From positions 12,909,175 to 12,973,174 of the forward strand of contig MU056000.1 of assembly GCA_013239625.1 (NCBI GenBank): DNA of 64,000 bases, read 5' to 3'. The notes beneath the pieces are model-generated. The model made no database searches. It saw only the letters and a list, made by a program, of their open reading frames with translations, and had not been told where the DNA came from. The stretch is from Lama guanicoe (lineage: Eukaryota). Shown in pieces: positions 12,841 through 25,814 of this stretch. The translations under genes were made by a program, and so were the position numbers. Every line of letters starts with the position of its first letter. Position 1 is the first letter of the stretch.

Positions 12841-13496
12841 GTCCTTCCTAGAGGGGACCAAGTAGAACATTTATATCTCAAAGCCACTGGGAAAGAATGT
12901 TTCTCCAAGGAGGGCTTCTGTTTCTTAAATTCAGATCTTTTACAATATCTAGGAACCTTTTGAGATGGATAAGGGAGTTTTGAGGATTAGTAAAAGGATA
13001 GGTGAGCTTGGAATGTTTCTAGAGCTGCACGTATGTTTTTGGGAAGACTGGATTAATAAGACAGTACAGTTGTTCCTTACTTCCTCAAAAACTGAGTCGC
13101 AACCTGAATGATATCAATTCTATTCATCCAACTATCCTGTCCGCAATTCGCTTCTTTTTATCAAAGAAAAGATCTTCAACTAACATAGAAATCAAAAGAT
13201 TCCTATGTTCTAGATTTAGAGTTTGAAATGTTTTAGTGAAGTCTGGAATGCTTCAGAATGATTTTCTTTCCCTCTGGGTACACAGTTTCATTTTAGCTTC
13301 AGGGAGAAGATATTAAAAAAAAAAGTCACTATTAGTTCTGATTATCAGCTTCCTATTTGGTCAACTTTTGACCATAGAGCTACTTTAAAAAAAATACTTT
13401 AGAATATCTTGTCAGGTTCAGCTAGACAAAGAGTAAATATTCTTAGCAGTGTTGATCAACCCAGTTCAAACACACACACACACACACACACACACA
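12841..13496 (-). mobile_element. Probable ERV1 (MER4-group-like) internal fragment inserted in L1, ending in a (CA)n tract
   Basis: It interrupts collinear L1 sequence. The minus strand contains taaagtagctctatggtcaaaagttgaccaaataggaagctgata, resembling the MER4-group internal leader region. (CA)n at 13469-13496. Confidence 0.45.
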
Positions 13497-14150
13497 AAGA
13501 AATTTAAATTACAAATATCATTTATAATAGTTTTGAAATATTTTGTACATTGGGATACACCTAACAAAAGCTGTATCAGACTTGTACACTGAAAACTGCA
13601 AAACACTTTTTTGAAAAATTAAAGAATATCTAAATAAATGGTTAGATGTACCATGTTGCTGAATCAGAAAACTCAGTAGTGAAATTATGTCAGTTCTACC
13701 CAAAATGATCTCTAAATTTGGTACAATCCCAATCGAAATCCTCACAGTCTTTTTTGTAGAAACTGACCAGCTGATTTTAAAATTAATATCAAAATGAATA
13801 AACACCATTAAAAAAGAAAGCAAAGTTGGAAGACTTATATTGCTTGAATTCTAGATTTATTTTAAAGCTAGAGTAACCAGCAGTGTGCTATTGATAGACA
13901 AACAGATCAATGGGAAATAACAGAGTCCAGAAATGGACCTAGACATATGCCTTTGAAGGATTTTTGACAAAGATGCAAACGCAATTCAGCAGAGAGAGGA
14001 TAGTTTTTCAAGGAATAAACATTGCTGGAACATACCTATCCTTTGCCTCATATTCCAATATTAGTTCAAAATGGTTCAAAATCCTTAATGTAAATCTTAA
14101 AACTATAAAAGTTACAGAAGAAAACATAAATGAGTATCTTTATGACATAT
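13497..14150 (+). mobile_element. Old L1M ORF2 fragment, 3' continuation
   Basis: gacttgtacactgaaaactgcaaaacact, gaatatctaaataaatgg, caatcccaatcgaaatcc, gaccagctgattttaaaatt, agacaaacagatcaatgg. Confidence 0.85.
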
Positions 14151-14159
14151 TTTGGCCTT

Positions 14160-14292
14160 TATGACCACGTCTCTGTTTATTATTGCCTTGGACTGCTTTT
14201 GCAATAAAACATCAGTGTTTAGTAACAGACATCGTATCGTCCACAGAGCCTAAAATACTATCCGGCCCTTTTCTGAAATTTGCTGACTCCTG
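14160..14292. mobile_element. MER58-like hAT-Charlie MITE (one half)
   Basis: ccacagagcctaaaatactatccggccctttt...tttgctgactcctg is the MER58 terminus. Confidence 0.75.
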
Positions 14293-14293
14293 C

Positions 14294-14720
14294 TGTTGAT
14301 TGTAAGGAAAAGAAAACCCATTAAAAACTGACTTCTCAACTGAAACAACTGAACAACTGGGGAGAGAGAGGCTTCAGGGTTGTCCTCACGCTGTAGCTCT
14401 GAGTTTTGAGGGGTCTGGTTCATCTTCAGACAGTAAGATGTCTGCGAGACTTCAGGGCATCACGACACAGACAGTAACATCCAGAAGAATGTGGAAGTTG
14501 CTCCTTCCTGGGGCTTTGTCTTTAGTCTCTGGAAACTTTACTCAGATGTCCTCAATAAGCTAACTTTATGTTCCCCTTATGTAAGTGACACTGTGACACG
14601 GGAGTGGTGGTCTTCGTCTCGAATCATCCGTTTCTGAATCATCTTGAGTGGGGAATGGAATTACCTGTTGGCCACTCAAGGCCATCTTGTGAGTGGGGAG
14701 GGGTTGGTGGGAAGTAGAAT
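14294..14720 (-). mobile_element. Old MaLR LTR (MLT1J/K-like)
   Basis: gttgattgtaaggaaaagaaaaccca, aggcttcagg, caacatccagaag-like and ggggaatggaattacc motifs. Confidence 0.5.
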
Positions 14721-14734
14721 GAGGTGATGGTAGT

Positions 14735-15480
14735 GATGTTCTTTTTTCTATTTCTCAAAAAACACTGTTTGCCTGATTTTCATATAATAGGGTTTTCCAT
14801 TAAGGTTTTTTTTTTTGGTGGTGTTATTGCTAAAATCCTTGTAATAAATTAGAGTTTCATCTTTATAAATATTCCTAGCTGTTGGTTGGAGATAAAATCC
14901 TTTATAATAAAAATGAAGCCTCTTTCTACATATAATATTCTACAAGTTTTAATTAGATTTTTTATTATATATTTAAATATCATTAAAAAATTTAAAATCT
15001 AGAAATGTGATGAAATATATGGTTAGATTTTCTAATATCATTTCATTTTTGCATTTCTGGAATGTATCCTTTTTGATTATAGAGTATTTATCTTTTAATA
15101 TGCTTTTAGGTTATATTTTTATGACTTTTTCATCTCTATTCATAAGTAAGGCTTAAGTCTGTATCTGAGGCTTTCATTAGATTTTGATATTATTTATATA
15201 AATTGTAATATCAAAGCTGTGTAAAATGGTTTTGAAGCATTTTTTTCGTATAATTGGAATGCTATCAATAGAACTGAGATATTTTCTCCCAAGATCGTTT
15301 GATATGACTGACTCTTATAATTGTCTTTGCCAGGCACATTGAAAAGAATAATTCACCATGATTTATTGGTCTAATAACATTTTGTTTCCTTAGTCAGTCA
15401 AGTTCCATAACTTATATATTATAATATATTTGAAATTCTTGTTCTATGAACTTGGAGCTTTCAATTCTTTTATTAATTTT
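14735..15480 (-). mobile_element. Highly decayed L1M ORF2 fragment
   Basis: ttgcctgattttcat, atattcctagctg, ttttcatctctattcataagt in a T-rich, antisense-L1-like context. Confidence 0.5.
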
Positions 15481-17954
15481 TATTTAAAATGCATACTAGT
15501 ATACAAGCTCAATAACATGTACATACAGAAATCATTGTATAGGAAATTATAAAACATCACAAAAGCTTGTTTCTTTTTTCCTTTAGGGACCAGACAAATT
15601 ATATTCATTTTATAAATATTCGGCCTCAAAATTAGACTGTATTATGAACCAAATATGTAAAATTACGTCTTTAAAGTTTTATGAATAGTTGAACGTGAGA
15701 GCCAAATATTTTCTTCTTCTGAAGGAAAAAAAAATACTGGTGAAAGTTACACAATACATGGACTACCGTGGGCATTAGATTTCCTCTCTCCCTGTGCAGT
15801 ATTATACATATGTTTTTAGCTTGTACATTACTGCCATTATTTTAGGCTTCCTCCTTGTTTTAGTGACCTTGATATAGAAATACAAACATTTAAATAAGTG
15901 TTTTGCTAAACTTTTACTAAAGTTTAAAATCATCTTTTAGGCATGGTTATATTTCTAACACTATGGATTAGGCCCGCCGTCCATCTCTTAGCTTCCTAAA
16001 ACTTTGCCTAGACTGGTAGTTAATAGATGGTTTCAGGAAAAAACAAAGCTAGTCCAACTATTTAAGTTACTTTTGTACCAGAATGTTAGCAAGTAGACTG
16101 TAAGCGTTCTAGAAAGCCTTGAACTTAATAGCTAGAGGTCTCTACTCAAAGGTATTTGAAATCAGTTTTTCCCCTACATATTTTTTTTTATTGCAAAGCT
16201 ATTTACTATTGAGCATCCTGAAATGCTATGATTTGCAATAAAAAGATAATTTAAACATACAAACGTCTTCAGGATTAGCACAGGACTGCACTGCTTTTCC
16301 CTTGCAGATGAGCAGGTGCATTCTGTAAGGCCTAAAAGTAAACAAAAGATTGAAGTTTCCCCTTAGAAACCAGTTTTTCTGCTATAACTGTGTCTGATAA
16401 TATTGTTCTCATAAAATATAATAATTAAAATTGCAGAAGATTTCTGGAATTGTGGCTTTCCCTTTGGATATTTAGTACTTCTTTAAATAGCATAATCCTT
16501 TTTTTTTTGAACTATTAAAATTTGTAGGGCTCATTTAGCTGGATGAGAGATTGGACTATTAAGGATCATGAAGAGAATAAATTAACCCTGATATCAGGAA
16601 GCAAGTGTTTATAGTTTCTGAATGATATATCACTTTTAATAAAATTAAAAGAATTAATTTTCAAAACACATTAGGGCTTCCAAAATTAGAGAGCCCACTT
16701 CAACATTCCAGGTTCCGGATAGGAACCTTCGCTTTGTGGTGGTTTGGCTGGTTCCCAGCACCTCTCTTTTTATGCCTGCACTTCCTGACTACTGATTATG
16801 TATCTATTCATGTATTTATTTCACTATTTACTTACTTATTCGTTTTTCCTCTCTTGGGGAAAACTTAGAAGTAAAAAATTGTGCCCATTTACTATTGCCC
16901 TCAAGTGTGTGGCACCAAAATCTCTGTACCCCTCTCTCAAAAAGATAGATTTTATGCAGCTTTTACAGAATTTCTGTGAGTCTTCTCTGGCCAAAACAGT
17001 TGCCTGAAATTTTCTTCAACATTTCTGCTAAATTGAATGCAGGGACTTGCCTAGTTAACTGGCTTCAAAGAAGGTAATATTAGGTCTCATTATGACCAAG
17101 GAATTTTGCCCTAAGACAGATTATAAAGGGAGCTCCCTTTGAAGCTGATTCCAAATTTTAAGTAAAGCCCTACCTGCCCAGACACACCATACAAATAAAA
17201 AAGTGAGGTCCTTCAACAGGTTTAGACATTTGACAAAAAACACAAAATTTTTTCAACTGAATCCACTGTTACTATCTGAGTGCTATTTAGTATAATTTTG
17301 TATAATAAATGACCAATATACTTTGGACTGATTTTTAGATATATTCCTGAGCTGTAATACCTGCTTTGTTCCTTATAATCAGGAATCATAACAACTAGGA
17401 AAAACTAAATCATTTCTGATTTAGACCAAAATCTCATACCATGCAGAGGTTCTCCATGAATTGTTGTGCAGGTTGTGCACTGCACATGTTCACTTGGACA
17501 AGAAGACAAGTGGGGCCTGGGATTTACTCTTCAAGACATTTGCCCTTGTAAAGCTATGTCCTCCAAATGAAGAGGCACTTTTTTCCTACTTACCCAAAGG
17601 AGCGATCGGGCTACTGTAGCTACTGGGTTTGGGAAATTCATGCAGTCATAGAAAAAAATGAGATATTAAAGTATCCTAAGGCTATGTCACTAGCATATAT
17701 TAAAAATAAGCTAAGATTTAGCCCTGAGGAACACAACCTTAGATTTATTCCAGCAAACATGTATCATTTTAACATTGTACATAGAGAGAAGTTTTAAATT
17801 TTACAACGAACAATTTTATCTCTGTGTTTTAAGTTTCATTCCTTTGTTGGGATTGTCATAGGATTTTGACAAACACAACTAAGAAAAACTGTTAGTAATC
17901 AGATAAATGAAAATGATGAGTAATATGAAATATCATGAGCTATCAGTAAGAAAT

Positions 17955-18035
17955 TATTAGGCTGCACATGAAACTGCTATTTGTTGTGGTTCTAAATAGT
18001 CAAATGTCATTGATTTCTTATGGTTTCATCTAATA
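17955..18035. mobile_element. MADE2-like Mariner MITE (81 bp)
   Basis: tattaggctgcacatgaaa...tttcttatggtttcatctaata: imperfect TIRs, TA termini, about 80 bp. Confidence 0.8.
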
Positions 18036-18387
18036 AATACTCTGCTAGTGAAGCTATTTCCTCAAGCCATTTTCTTGACCTTCATCCCATCCTGCACCTC
18101 ACGCTCCTCATCAAATGAAAGGTGTAGTCTCCACCCCTTATTGATTTGTATGTTATTCTGTTTTTTAATTCATGAGTATGTTTATTTCTTCCCTTATTCA
18201 ATGTTTATTTATTCAATGTCTACTCCTCACCAATCAAAATATATAAGCCCTGTATACATTCATCTTTTAGGAAATATTAAAGTTTCTTTTTATAAAATGC
18301 CGTAGTTGACGCCAAAATTTCCGTCCTAGAATATATGATTTTGGATGTGGCGGTTGGTATTGGGAAGAAATGGGCTTCCCAACTGAG

Positions 18388-18555
18388 GCAGCATAATACA
18401 AAGGAAGGACCACAACCCTACACAGCAGGACACCTGAAATCTAGATTTTTGATGCATTTGCTGGTTCTGAGCATGTTGGTAGATTGTTTATCTCTTTGAA
18501 TCTCATCTTAACTTTTAATATGGAGAACAGTACTTCTGATTTTATCACAGTGAAG
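18388..18555 (+). mobile_element. MIR SINE fragment
   Basis: aggcagcataata..aaggaag...acacctgaaatcta...tatctctttgaatctca...aatatggagaacagtac. Confidence 0.55.
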
Positions 18556-19489
18556 AGAAGCACTCTTTAAACTAACAGACCTGCATAAGTAACACAGCAA
18601 GAGGATGTCTATTGACAATTCTCATATTTTGTTTGCAGAATAGATGCACTGCAAACCAAATATTTTCTAAGTGTTCTGTCTTGGACCCTATGATGCTGTT
18701 TCAAGCATATGGTGTCCTATGTTCTGGCTTTTAATATCTCCTTTTATTTACTATTTGGCCTCACCATATTTGTAACTTTAAAAATCTTTCCTTTAGCCTG
18801 CTTATTTTGAAATGGAGCCAAAACGGTTTAAATTCATTAGTCATGAAAAAAGACTTATTGGTGTAATGGAAAGAGAATTCACTATAAGTCAAAAGAACCT
18901 GAGTTATTGTCATAATTTTCCTAGGTCTTTGTATGACCATGGTTGACTCATTGGCCTCTCTGATCCTTTGTCTCCAATTTTCAAAGGAATGCGGTTGAAA
19001 TTGACAAACTGAAGTCCCTCCTCTTTCTCCAAAATCCTGTACTTTTATGGCGGTTTGGTTTATAGTTACATTTTTGAAACCAAACCAAACCAAACCATGA
19101 GTGTTGTAAGTTATTTTTGTGCATAAACATCAAATCATATCATTGAATTGTTGTATGTTATGTTCAGAAAACTATATTAGATTTTATTATTTTTTTCTTA
19201 AATTCTGAAATATGATTCACCAAAGCATAGTATATTTAACATTAGAGGTACAAGGATACAAAATCGATCTTCTATTCTGAGATGCATCCAAGTTTATGGA
19301 ATTCCCATAAAATTTAACTTTTTGTATGTTTAAATAAAGAAAGCTGGAACTTCAACAAAGATGTGTTTATCTTAATGTAATGAAATGTTATATAGACAGA
19401 ATAAAATGTTGTTTTAACATCATATTTTATAAACATAAGATCTCTAGAGTTGCACATTTCACAAACTCAGAAAACAAAGAGAGTAAGCT

Positions 19490-19900
19490 ACAGTAGTAAA
19501 GAAACTAACTTAACCAGGAAAAAAAAGGAATGCTTTTTCTTTTGCACTTTGAATTCAATTAAGCTGTAGCCACGTGCAAAGCATAAGATGCTTCTTTTGA
19601 TGCATCAGGAGAACCTGATGTCTTTAGGAAACAGATAAACAGAGAGAGAGAGAGTCTGACACAAAGGCATCCCCTTCTACATGTGTCACGAGCCTTCTGA
19701 CACAGTCAGGCAAGTTGCATTGCTTGAAGAAGCTTAAGTCACATGCCCACGTATCAAGTAGAGAGCAGGCTGGAAAACCAAGGATCTAGAATTTTGTTAT
19801 AGGAGAGGTATTATCTTTTTATTTTCTGTCCCTTGCCTAGACTAATAAGGAAGGGATTCTTCAAACATGGGAAAGGATACATATATTGGGCAGCCTTCCA
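19490..19900 (-). mobile_element. Old MaLR LTR (MLT1L-like)
   Basis: aactaacttaaccaggaaaaaaaaggaat, cttaagtcacatgcccac, ggctggaaaa, tattgggcagcc. Confidence 0.5.
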
Positions 19901-21210
19901 AAGTGATCACTAAAGGGCATTTTAAAATTAAAAAAAAAATAATTCAAAGAGGAAATAAATTAATCATGTTGGTTTGTTCCTTTTAAATAAGAACAGCAAA
20001 TTGTCATCACAGTGACTATATGGCTATATATATAGAGAGAAGCACATGGTTCTATATATGATTATACAGAACTAACTTCCAAAGAAAGATAGCTAAAATA
20101 TAATGACAGCAAAACTATTCCATTTAAATTAGGAATTAATATAAATGAATATTCAGGGAATCCTTTCTATACTGACATTATTTTTTCTTTCCTGTAGAAA
20201 GTGAATTGGGGGCATTCAAATACGATTGTACTATTTCTAAGTCACATCTGCAGATCTGAAAACGTCTAATTGAATTTGGCCTCCTTTACCAATGATCTAT
20301 TCTGTAGGTTGTAAAGGATAGAGACCATAGAATTGCACCCAGTTTCCAGAGTTATTACACCTAGTAATATTTCTGCACCTGGACTTAGGCGTGTGAGGCA
20401 AAAAAAAAAACAAATCATCTTGTTTTAAGGTTTAGAAATTACATTTAAGATTTAAAGTTTGAGTAGATCTTGAAGTCAGCAAGTTTAATAAAGTTTATGA
20501 GAATATAAAGGCTCAAGAATACATCCCTGGGGTAGTGCACTCTGGGAGGTACGGTAATTTTTGTGATCTAAAGGAAAGTGCCCTAAGTCTTAAGTGACTC
20601 TTTGAAAATATCTCTCCCTAGAGATTGTTAATTTTTTGAAATGGAGAACATTTCTTTTAAGTCTGCTATTACCAGTGGCAACTTGAAGAGCAATTCACAT
20701 TTAAATAGCTGTTTCATAATAGCATCTCATTCTTTGCCAGGTGCATGGTCCTGAAACTCTAATGTGCACCCAGAAAAGAGACTGGTATTACAACAGCACA
20801 GCACTAATGCATTTTGAATGCCGTATCTGATACTTTCATTGAGATGTCATCAGTTACTACATGAGCTAGCTAAAAATAGAATAGGAAATGGTAGAGAAAG
20901 CAAGCTGTTTCTATGACAATTTTGGAGTAGCCTATGATTTATCCAAAATGATTTTTAAATAATTTTTCCTCTGTTATGCCTTCTGTCATGCAGAATACAG
21001 TAAATACATAAGTCAATGTTATCCTTCGTTAAGTGTATAGCATGTTATTTTACTCAGCATATTAAAGAATTATAAAATTTTGTTTCTAAGTTATAATTGC
21101 TCTGTCATTGATTTGGATGATTTACAAGGTTAACTGAATATGGAACTTACAATATATCCTAAATGCAGTATTTGGAAAGCAGACCTATAATTTATAAATA
21201 CAATTTCATT

Positions 21211-21291
21211 TATTAAGTTGAACTGTATAAACTGGGTTTGGAAGGTCCAAAAATGTCCGGACATTGACTATTTCATGTGTTTCAACCTATA
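21211..21291. mobile_element. Second MADE2-like Mariner MITE (81 bp)
   Basis: tattaagttgaactgtataaa...aggtccaaaaatgtccggacattgactatttcatgtgtttcaacctata: TIRs with TA ends. Confidence 0.75.
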
Positions 21292-21899
21292 GAAATTGAG
21301 CTTTTTATTAGACTGTGTTGAATATAAAGATAATTCTTTGCCCTCTACTTCCCTGAAATTCAATTAATTTTGGAACCTGAGGAGCACATAGTGAATACGT
21401 CAACCTGTGACTTCACAAAATTAGATATTATCTTTACAAATGGCCCTTATGGGTCTTGCTACACTATTAAATTAAATTAAATCAAATAAATAAATAAATA
21501 AAACCTTGAAAGCATTTTCTATTTTGGTTAAAAATTATGCAGTCCAAAACTCCATGCAATGTTAAAAAAAACCTGTCAATTTTCTTCCTTTCTGATTGAA
21601 GACCTTTACATAGCTGTTCTTTCCTCCAAAGCAACCTGTGTCTTCCTTGATTCGAAGCTTTCTCCTGATCCTCCACTGAGCTCTGGCTGATTCCAAACAA
21701 CGGGATGTGTGTTGTTATTTTTTTTAATTTTGAAATGTCCTCATTGCTTTATACCTTGATGGCACTTTATCGGATTTTAGTTATTTGTCTGATTGCTTTC
21801 ACTCCACAGCCTGACTCCTTGCAAAAAGGCTTTTCTCACTTTTCTTTGGTATGTGATAATACACAGGAACTGTCTCTGTTCATTAGCTATTCACATATC

Positions 21900-22212
21900 G
21901 GTTCCATCAGTGGATGAATGGATCAATAAATGTGTATGTATATTCAAAAGAATATCACTCAGCATTAAAAGAGAAGAAACTCTTGTCCTCTGGGACAACC
22001 TGGACGAGCCTGGAGGGCATTAGGCACTGGGTGAAATATGTCAGATACTGAGTCAAGTAACACATGGTATCACTTACACGTAAAATTTTTAAAAAGTCTT
22101 ACTCACAGAAACAGAGAGTGGAAAAGTGGGTGCCAGGAACTAGGGGGTGGGGAAATAGGGAGAGATTTGTAAAAGGGTATAAACTTTCAGTTTTAAAACT
22201 GAAAACAGTTTC
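21900..22212 (+). mobile_element. L1MA-type 3' end fragment
   Basis: ccatcagtggatgaatggat...acaacctggacgagcctggagggcatta...catggtatcacttac...gggtataaactttcagtt. Confidence 0.85.
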
Positions 22213-22540
22213 AAAGTTCATGTTGAAGGTGTAACCCCCATTGTGACCATATTTGGAGACGATGCCTTTAAAGAGGTAACTAAAGTTAAGTGAGGTCATC
22301 AGGGTGTGGTCTTAACCCAATAGGACCGGTGTCCTTACAAGAGGAGGGAGGGACATCAGAGATAAACACACAGAGGAAAGAGCGTGTGAGGACACAGGGG
22401 AGAGGCTGATGGAGGAACCAGACCTGCCAACACCTGGATCTCGGACTTCCAGTTTCCAAAACTGTGAGAGAATAAATTTCTGCTCTTAAAGTCTCCCAGT
22501 CTGTGGCATTTTGTTACGACAGCCTAGCAAATTAGTCCAC
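22213..22540 (+). mobile_element. MaLR LTR (MLT1A/B-like)
   Basis: catatttggaga..gcctttaaagaggtaactaaagttaagtgaggtcat...gacttccag..tccaaaactgtgagagaataaatttctg. Confidence 0.9.
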
Positions 22541-22917
22541 AAAAGAAAACAAAGAAACTCTGAACACAAGCAGTGTTCTCTGGGCCAGCATGAACCTCAC
22601 GGACATATTGTCAGTGGCCTTTCATTCCTCCAATGCCAAAGTGGGTCCCTGCAAGCAAAGGACATTAGGGACCTGAATCTGACAGGTTCTGGACTCCTCC
22701 GGAAAGAAACGTTACATCTGTGCTTGGGTTTTCTTATACCCATTGTGAATCCTTAGGAAAATGTAGTGTTGAATAACATCTGTGATTTCTGTGAGTCTGC
22801 TTTGACAAGTCAACATTTTACGTATTTCAAGGGGTCTTGCAAGTACCTAAATGCTAACACATTACAACTGAAGCAATCATTTCAGACCTGCAAACATGCA
22901 TCTTGATAAATAGCCCA

Positions 22918-23381
22918 TACATAAGTTTCTTAGGGCTACCATAACCAAATACCACAAACGGGGTGGCTTTATACACAGAAATTTATTCTCCCAGTTCTGG
23001 AGCCTGGAAGTCCTAAATTATGCTGTGGACAAAGCCATGCTCTCTCTGAAGGCCCTGGGGTGAAATCTCTTTGATACCTTCCTCTTAGCTTCTGGTGTTG
23101 CCAGGAATCCTTGGTATTCCTTGGCTTATAGGTACATCACGCCAATCTCTGCATCTGCTGTTCAAAGTGCTGTTCTTCCTCTGTGTCTCTATATCTATGT
23201 ATCTCCTGCTCTTCTAAGGACATCAGTCATATCGGCTTAAGCCCTCCCTACTCCAGTATGACCTCACATTGACTTGATTATATCTGCAAAGTCCCCATTT
23301 TTCAAAGAAGGTCACTTTCACAGGTACCAGGGCTTAGGACTTGAACATATCTTTTGTGAGGACACAGTTCAACCCATAACA
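22918..23381 (-). mobile_element. MaLR solo LTR (MLT1C-like)
   Basis: agggctaccataaccaaataccacaaac..gtggctt...ccagtatgacctca...atctgcaaag...gacacagttcaacccataaca. Confidence 0.9.
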
Positions 23382-23451
23382 GTATCTAAATCCCTAAGTC
23401 ATGTCAGTTTCTTAATCTCTCTTTCAAGGAGAAGGGAAACTTAAAGAATAG

Positions 23452-24200
23452 CTCATTCATCTATTTATTCACTCATACAAGATATGTTTATCCAGCATCT
23501 AATTTGTGCCAGGTACTATTTTACATGCTGATAGTAAAGCTGTGAACAAGACAGAACAGGCCCTTGCTCCTTCAAAGTTTATTTTCTAATGATGGGGCAT
23601 CTATAATAAACATATAAACAAGTAGATGAGTTGGAAGAGTTTTGATAGTGTTAAATATTGTGAGGAAAATACAGCAGGAAATAGGACACACAGTGACTTA
23701 GTGGGAATGAGATGAGGGTTCCCTTGCTTAGATCATATATTTGGGGAAGCTTCAGTGAGAAGGAAATATTTAAACTGGGACCTAAAAGAAAAAAGTTCTG
23801 ATACAGGAGCACTCTAGGTAAAAGGAAGAAGTATTTCAAATCCTTTAAGATCTGTAGGGTAAAGAGTAAAAAGAAAACTCCTATGATTTGAAGCTTAGTG
23901 ACTGCAGGTATGATGATGTGTCAATGATGTCAGATAGAAATGGGCAGGTCACATATATCATAACAATAAGATCAGGTTTTAGCCTAATTGCAGTGGACAA
24001 TAGTACCTGGTTTTAACCTGAGATTAGTATATGTGTTTTAGAAAAAAAAAATCTTTCTTGCTTCCATACGCAAAATGAAAGCTAGGAAGGCAAGAGTGGT
24101 AACAGAATTCAATTGAGAGGCTATTACATTAGTCTAGGTAAAAGATGATCATGATTTAGACCAGAATGGTAGCAGCGGAGATAGAAGTGATTGGCTTTGC
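23452..24200 (-). mobile_element. L2 LINE 3' region
   Basis: cattcatctatttattcact...tgtgccaggtact...tgtgaacaagacaga...gaggctattacattagtctaggtaaaagatgat. Confidence 0.85.
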
Positions 24201-24244
24201 CATAGATTCATCAGTTATTTACTACATACCGAGAACTTTCCCTC

Positions 24245-24882
24245 TGGGGTAGGCTGAGTAACGACCACCCAAAAATGTCCGCATTTAATGCTGGGATCTT
24301 GTGAATATATCGTTACATTGCATATGTCACATTACAAAAAAAAAAAAAAGAGACACTGCAGATGTAAGAGATGTTATGGACCTTAAAATAGAGAGATAGT
24401 CATGGATTATTTTCTGGGTAAAATCTAATCACATGAACCCTTAAAAGCACAGAACTTTCTCTGGCTGGAATCAAAAAGATGAGGCAGAAAGAATAATTGG
24501 AGATATTCTACACAAGGGAAAACCTTGGCCCACTGTGGCTAGAGGAGGGATACAGAGAACATGAGAAGGAAAATGTAGGCAGCCTCTAGGATCAAAGACT
24601 AGCCCCCTGGTTGACAGCTGGCAAGGAAACTGGAACTTCATTTCTACAACTGCACGAAACTAAATTCTGTTAACAGCCTGACTGAGCTTGGAAGCTGATT
24701 CGAGGCCAGAATCTCCAGAAAGGAATTCTCACACTTTGATTTTGGCCATTAGATCCTCAGCAGGGGTCCCATCTGATCCAGCCTGCTCCTGGACCTACAG
24801 AACTGTGAGACAATGAATGGTGTGGTGTGAGTCTGAATGAATTCGTGGTTGTGTGTTAAAGTAACAATAGAAAACCAACACA
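24245..24882 (+). mobile_element. MaLR solo LTR (MLT1E-like)
   Basis: TG...CA ends; gacagctggcaaggaaactggaacttca, ctgagcttggaagctgatt, gacctacagaactgtgaga, caatagaaaaccaacaca. Confidence 0.9.
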
Positions 24883-25814
24883 ATATCCATATTTCCCATG
24901 CCTCAAGTGATTGGTCCAAACAATGGGGCTTTTCTGTTCCCAGATTGTCATAAATTTTGGGTAATAAATTACTTACTTTGGACATTTGGACCACAAATCA
25001 TCAGTGAAATAGCTAACTCTGATCTAAATTTATGTTCATATTCAATCAGAGCCATTGCTTAAACTGCGAATCTGATTGGGACATTCCCTCTTTATTTGCA
25101 TGAATAAGTACTTTTTATCCCTGAAACCAGTTCAGACAATCTTTCCTTTAGCAAGCCTTCCATGATGGACTCCTCCAGGTTGGCTATTCATCATTTGTGC
25201 TTCCATTTCTCCCTATTTATCATGTTATCCCATCTCCTATCCCTCTATAAAATCCTTTCTTCTTTTTAAACTATTCTGCCCTATTTTAATTTCACAAATG
25301 ATACATGAAGCAATTAAAATCATTCATGGTATTAAAAAACACATTTTTTTCTATTGCTATGTAATTTCATATCTAGAAGTCATGATTAGAGTTACCCTTT
25401 CATATATTGTCTATATATATACATTTTAGATTGATATCTGTATTTGTCATATACATATGTGTGTTTATATATGCACTAGTATATCTTTCATTTTATATCT
25501 TCTTCAGGGAAAATGACTATAACTACAAAAATTTAGACTACACTTGATTTGCTTTTTTGTTGGTACACAACTAATAAGAAACAAATCTTTAAATTCAGAT
25601 TTCATGCACTCCAATATCCAATATTCCAAATTATTTAAGTCAGTCTGTAGCACAGGGACTGCTACAATAGGTGGAGGTAGCTAAATACACCTGTTAGACG
25701 GCATGAGGAAGACTATTACCAAAATCAAACACAAAAACAAAATGTGAAGCTTGGAATCTTACATCCAGAGTGACCGAAAACGGTAGATTGTATATTTGGC
25801 TTATGGCCCTTTGT

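Noticed and set aside
17125..17140. Perfect 16-bp palindrome aaagggagctcccttt
   Set aside because: About one 8-bp-arm palindrome is expected by chance in 64 kb (64000/4^8 is about 1).
17444..17585. Possible hAT-Tip100 (MER91-like) MITE fragment
   Set aside because: Only a short motif (tgtgcaggttgtgcactgcaca) is recognisable; the ends cannot be defined.
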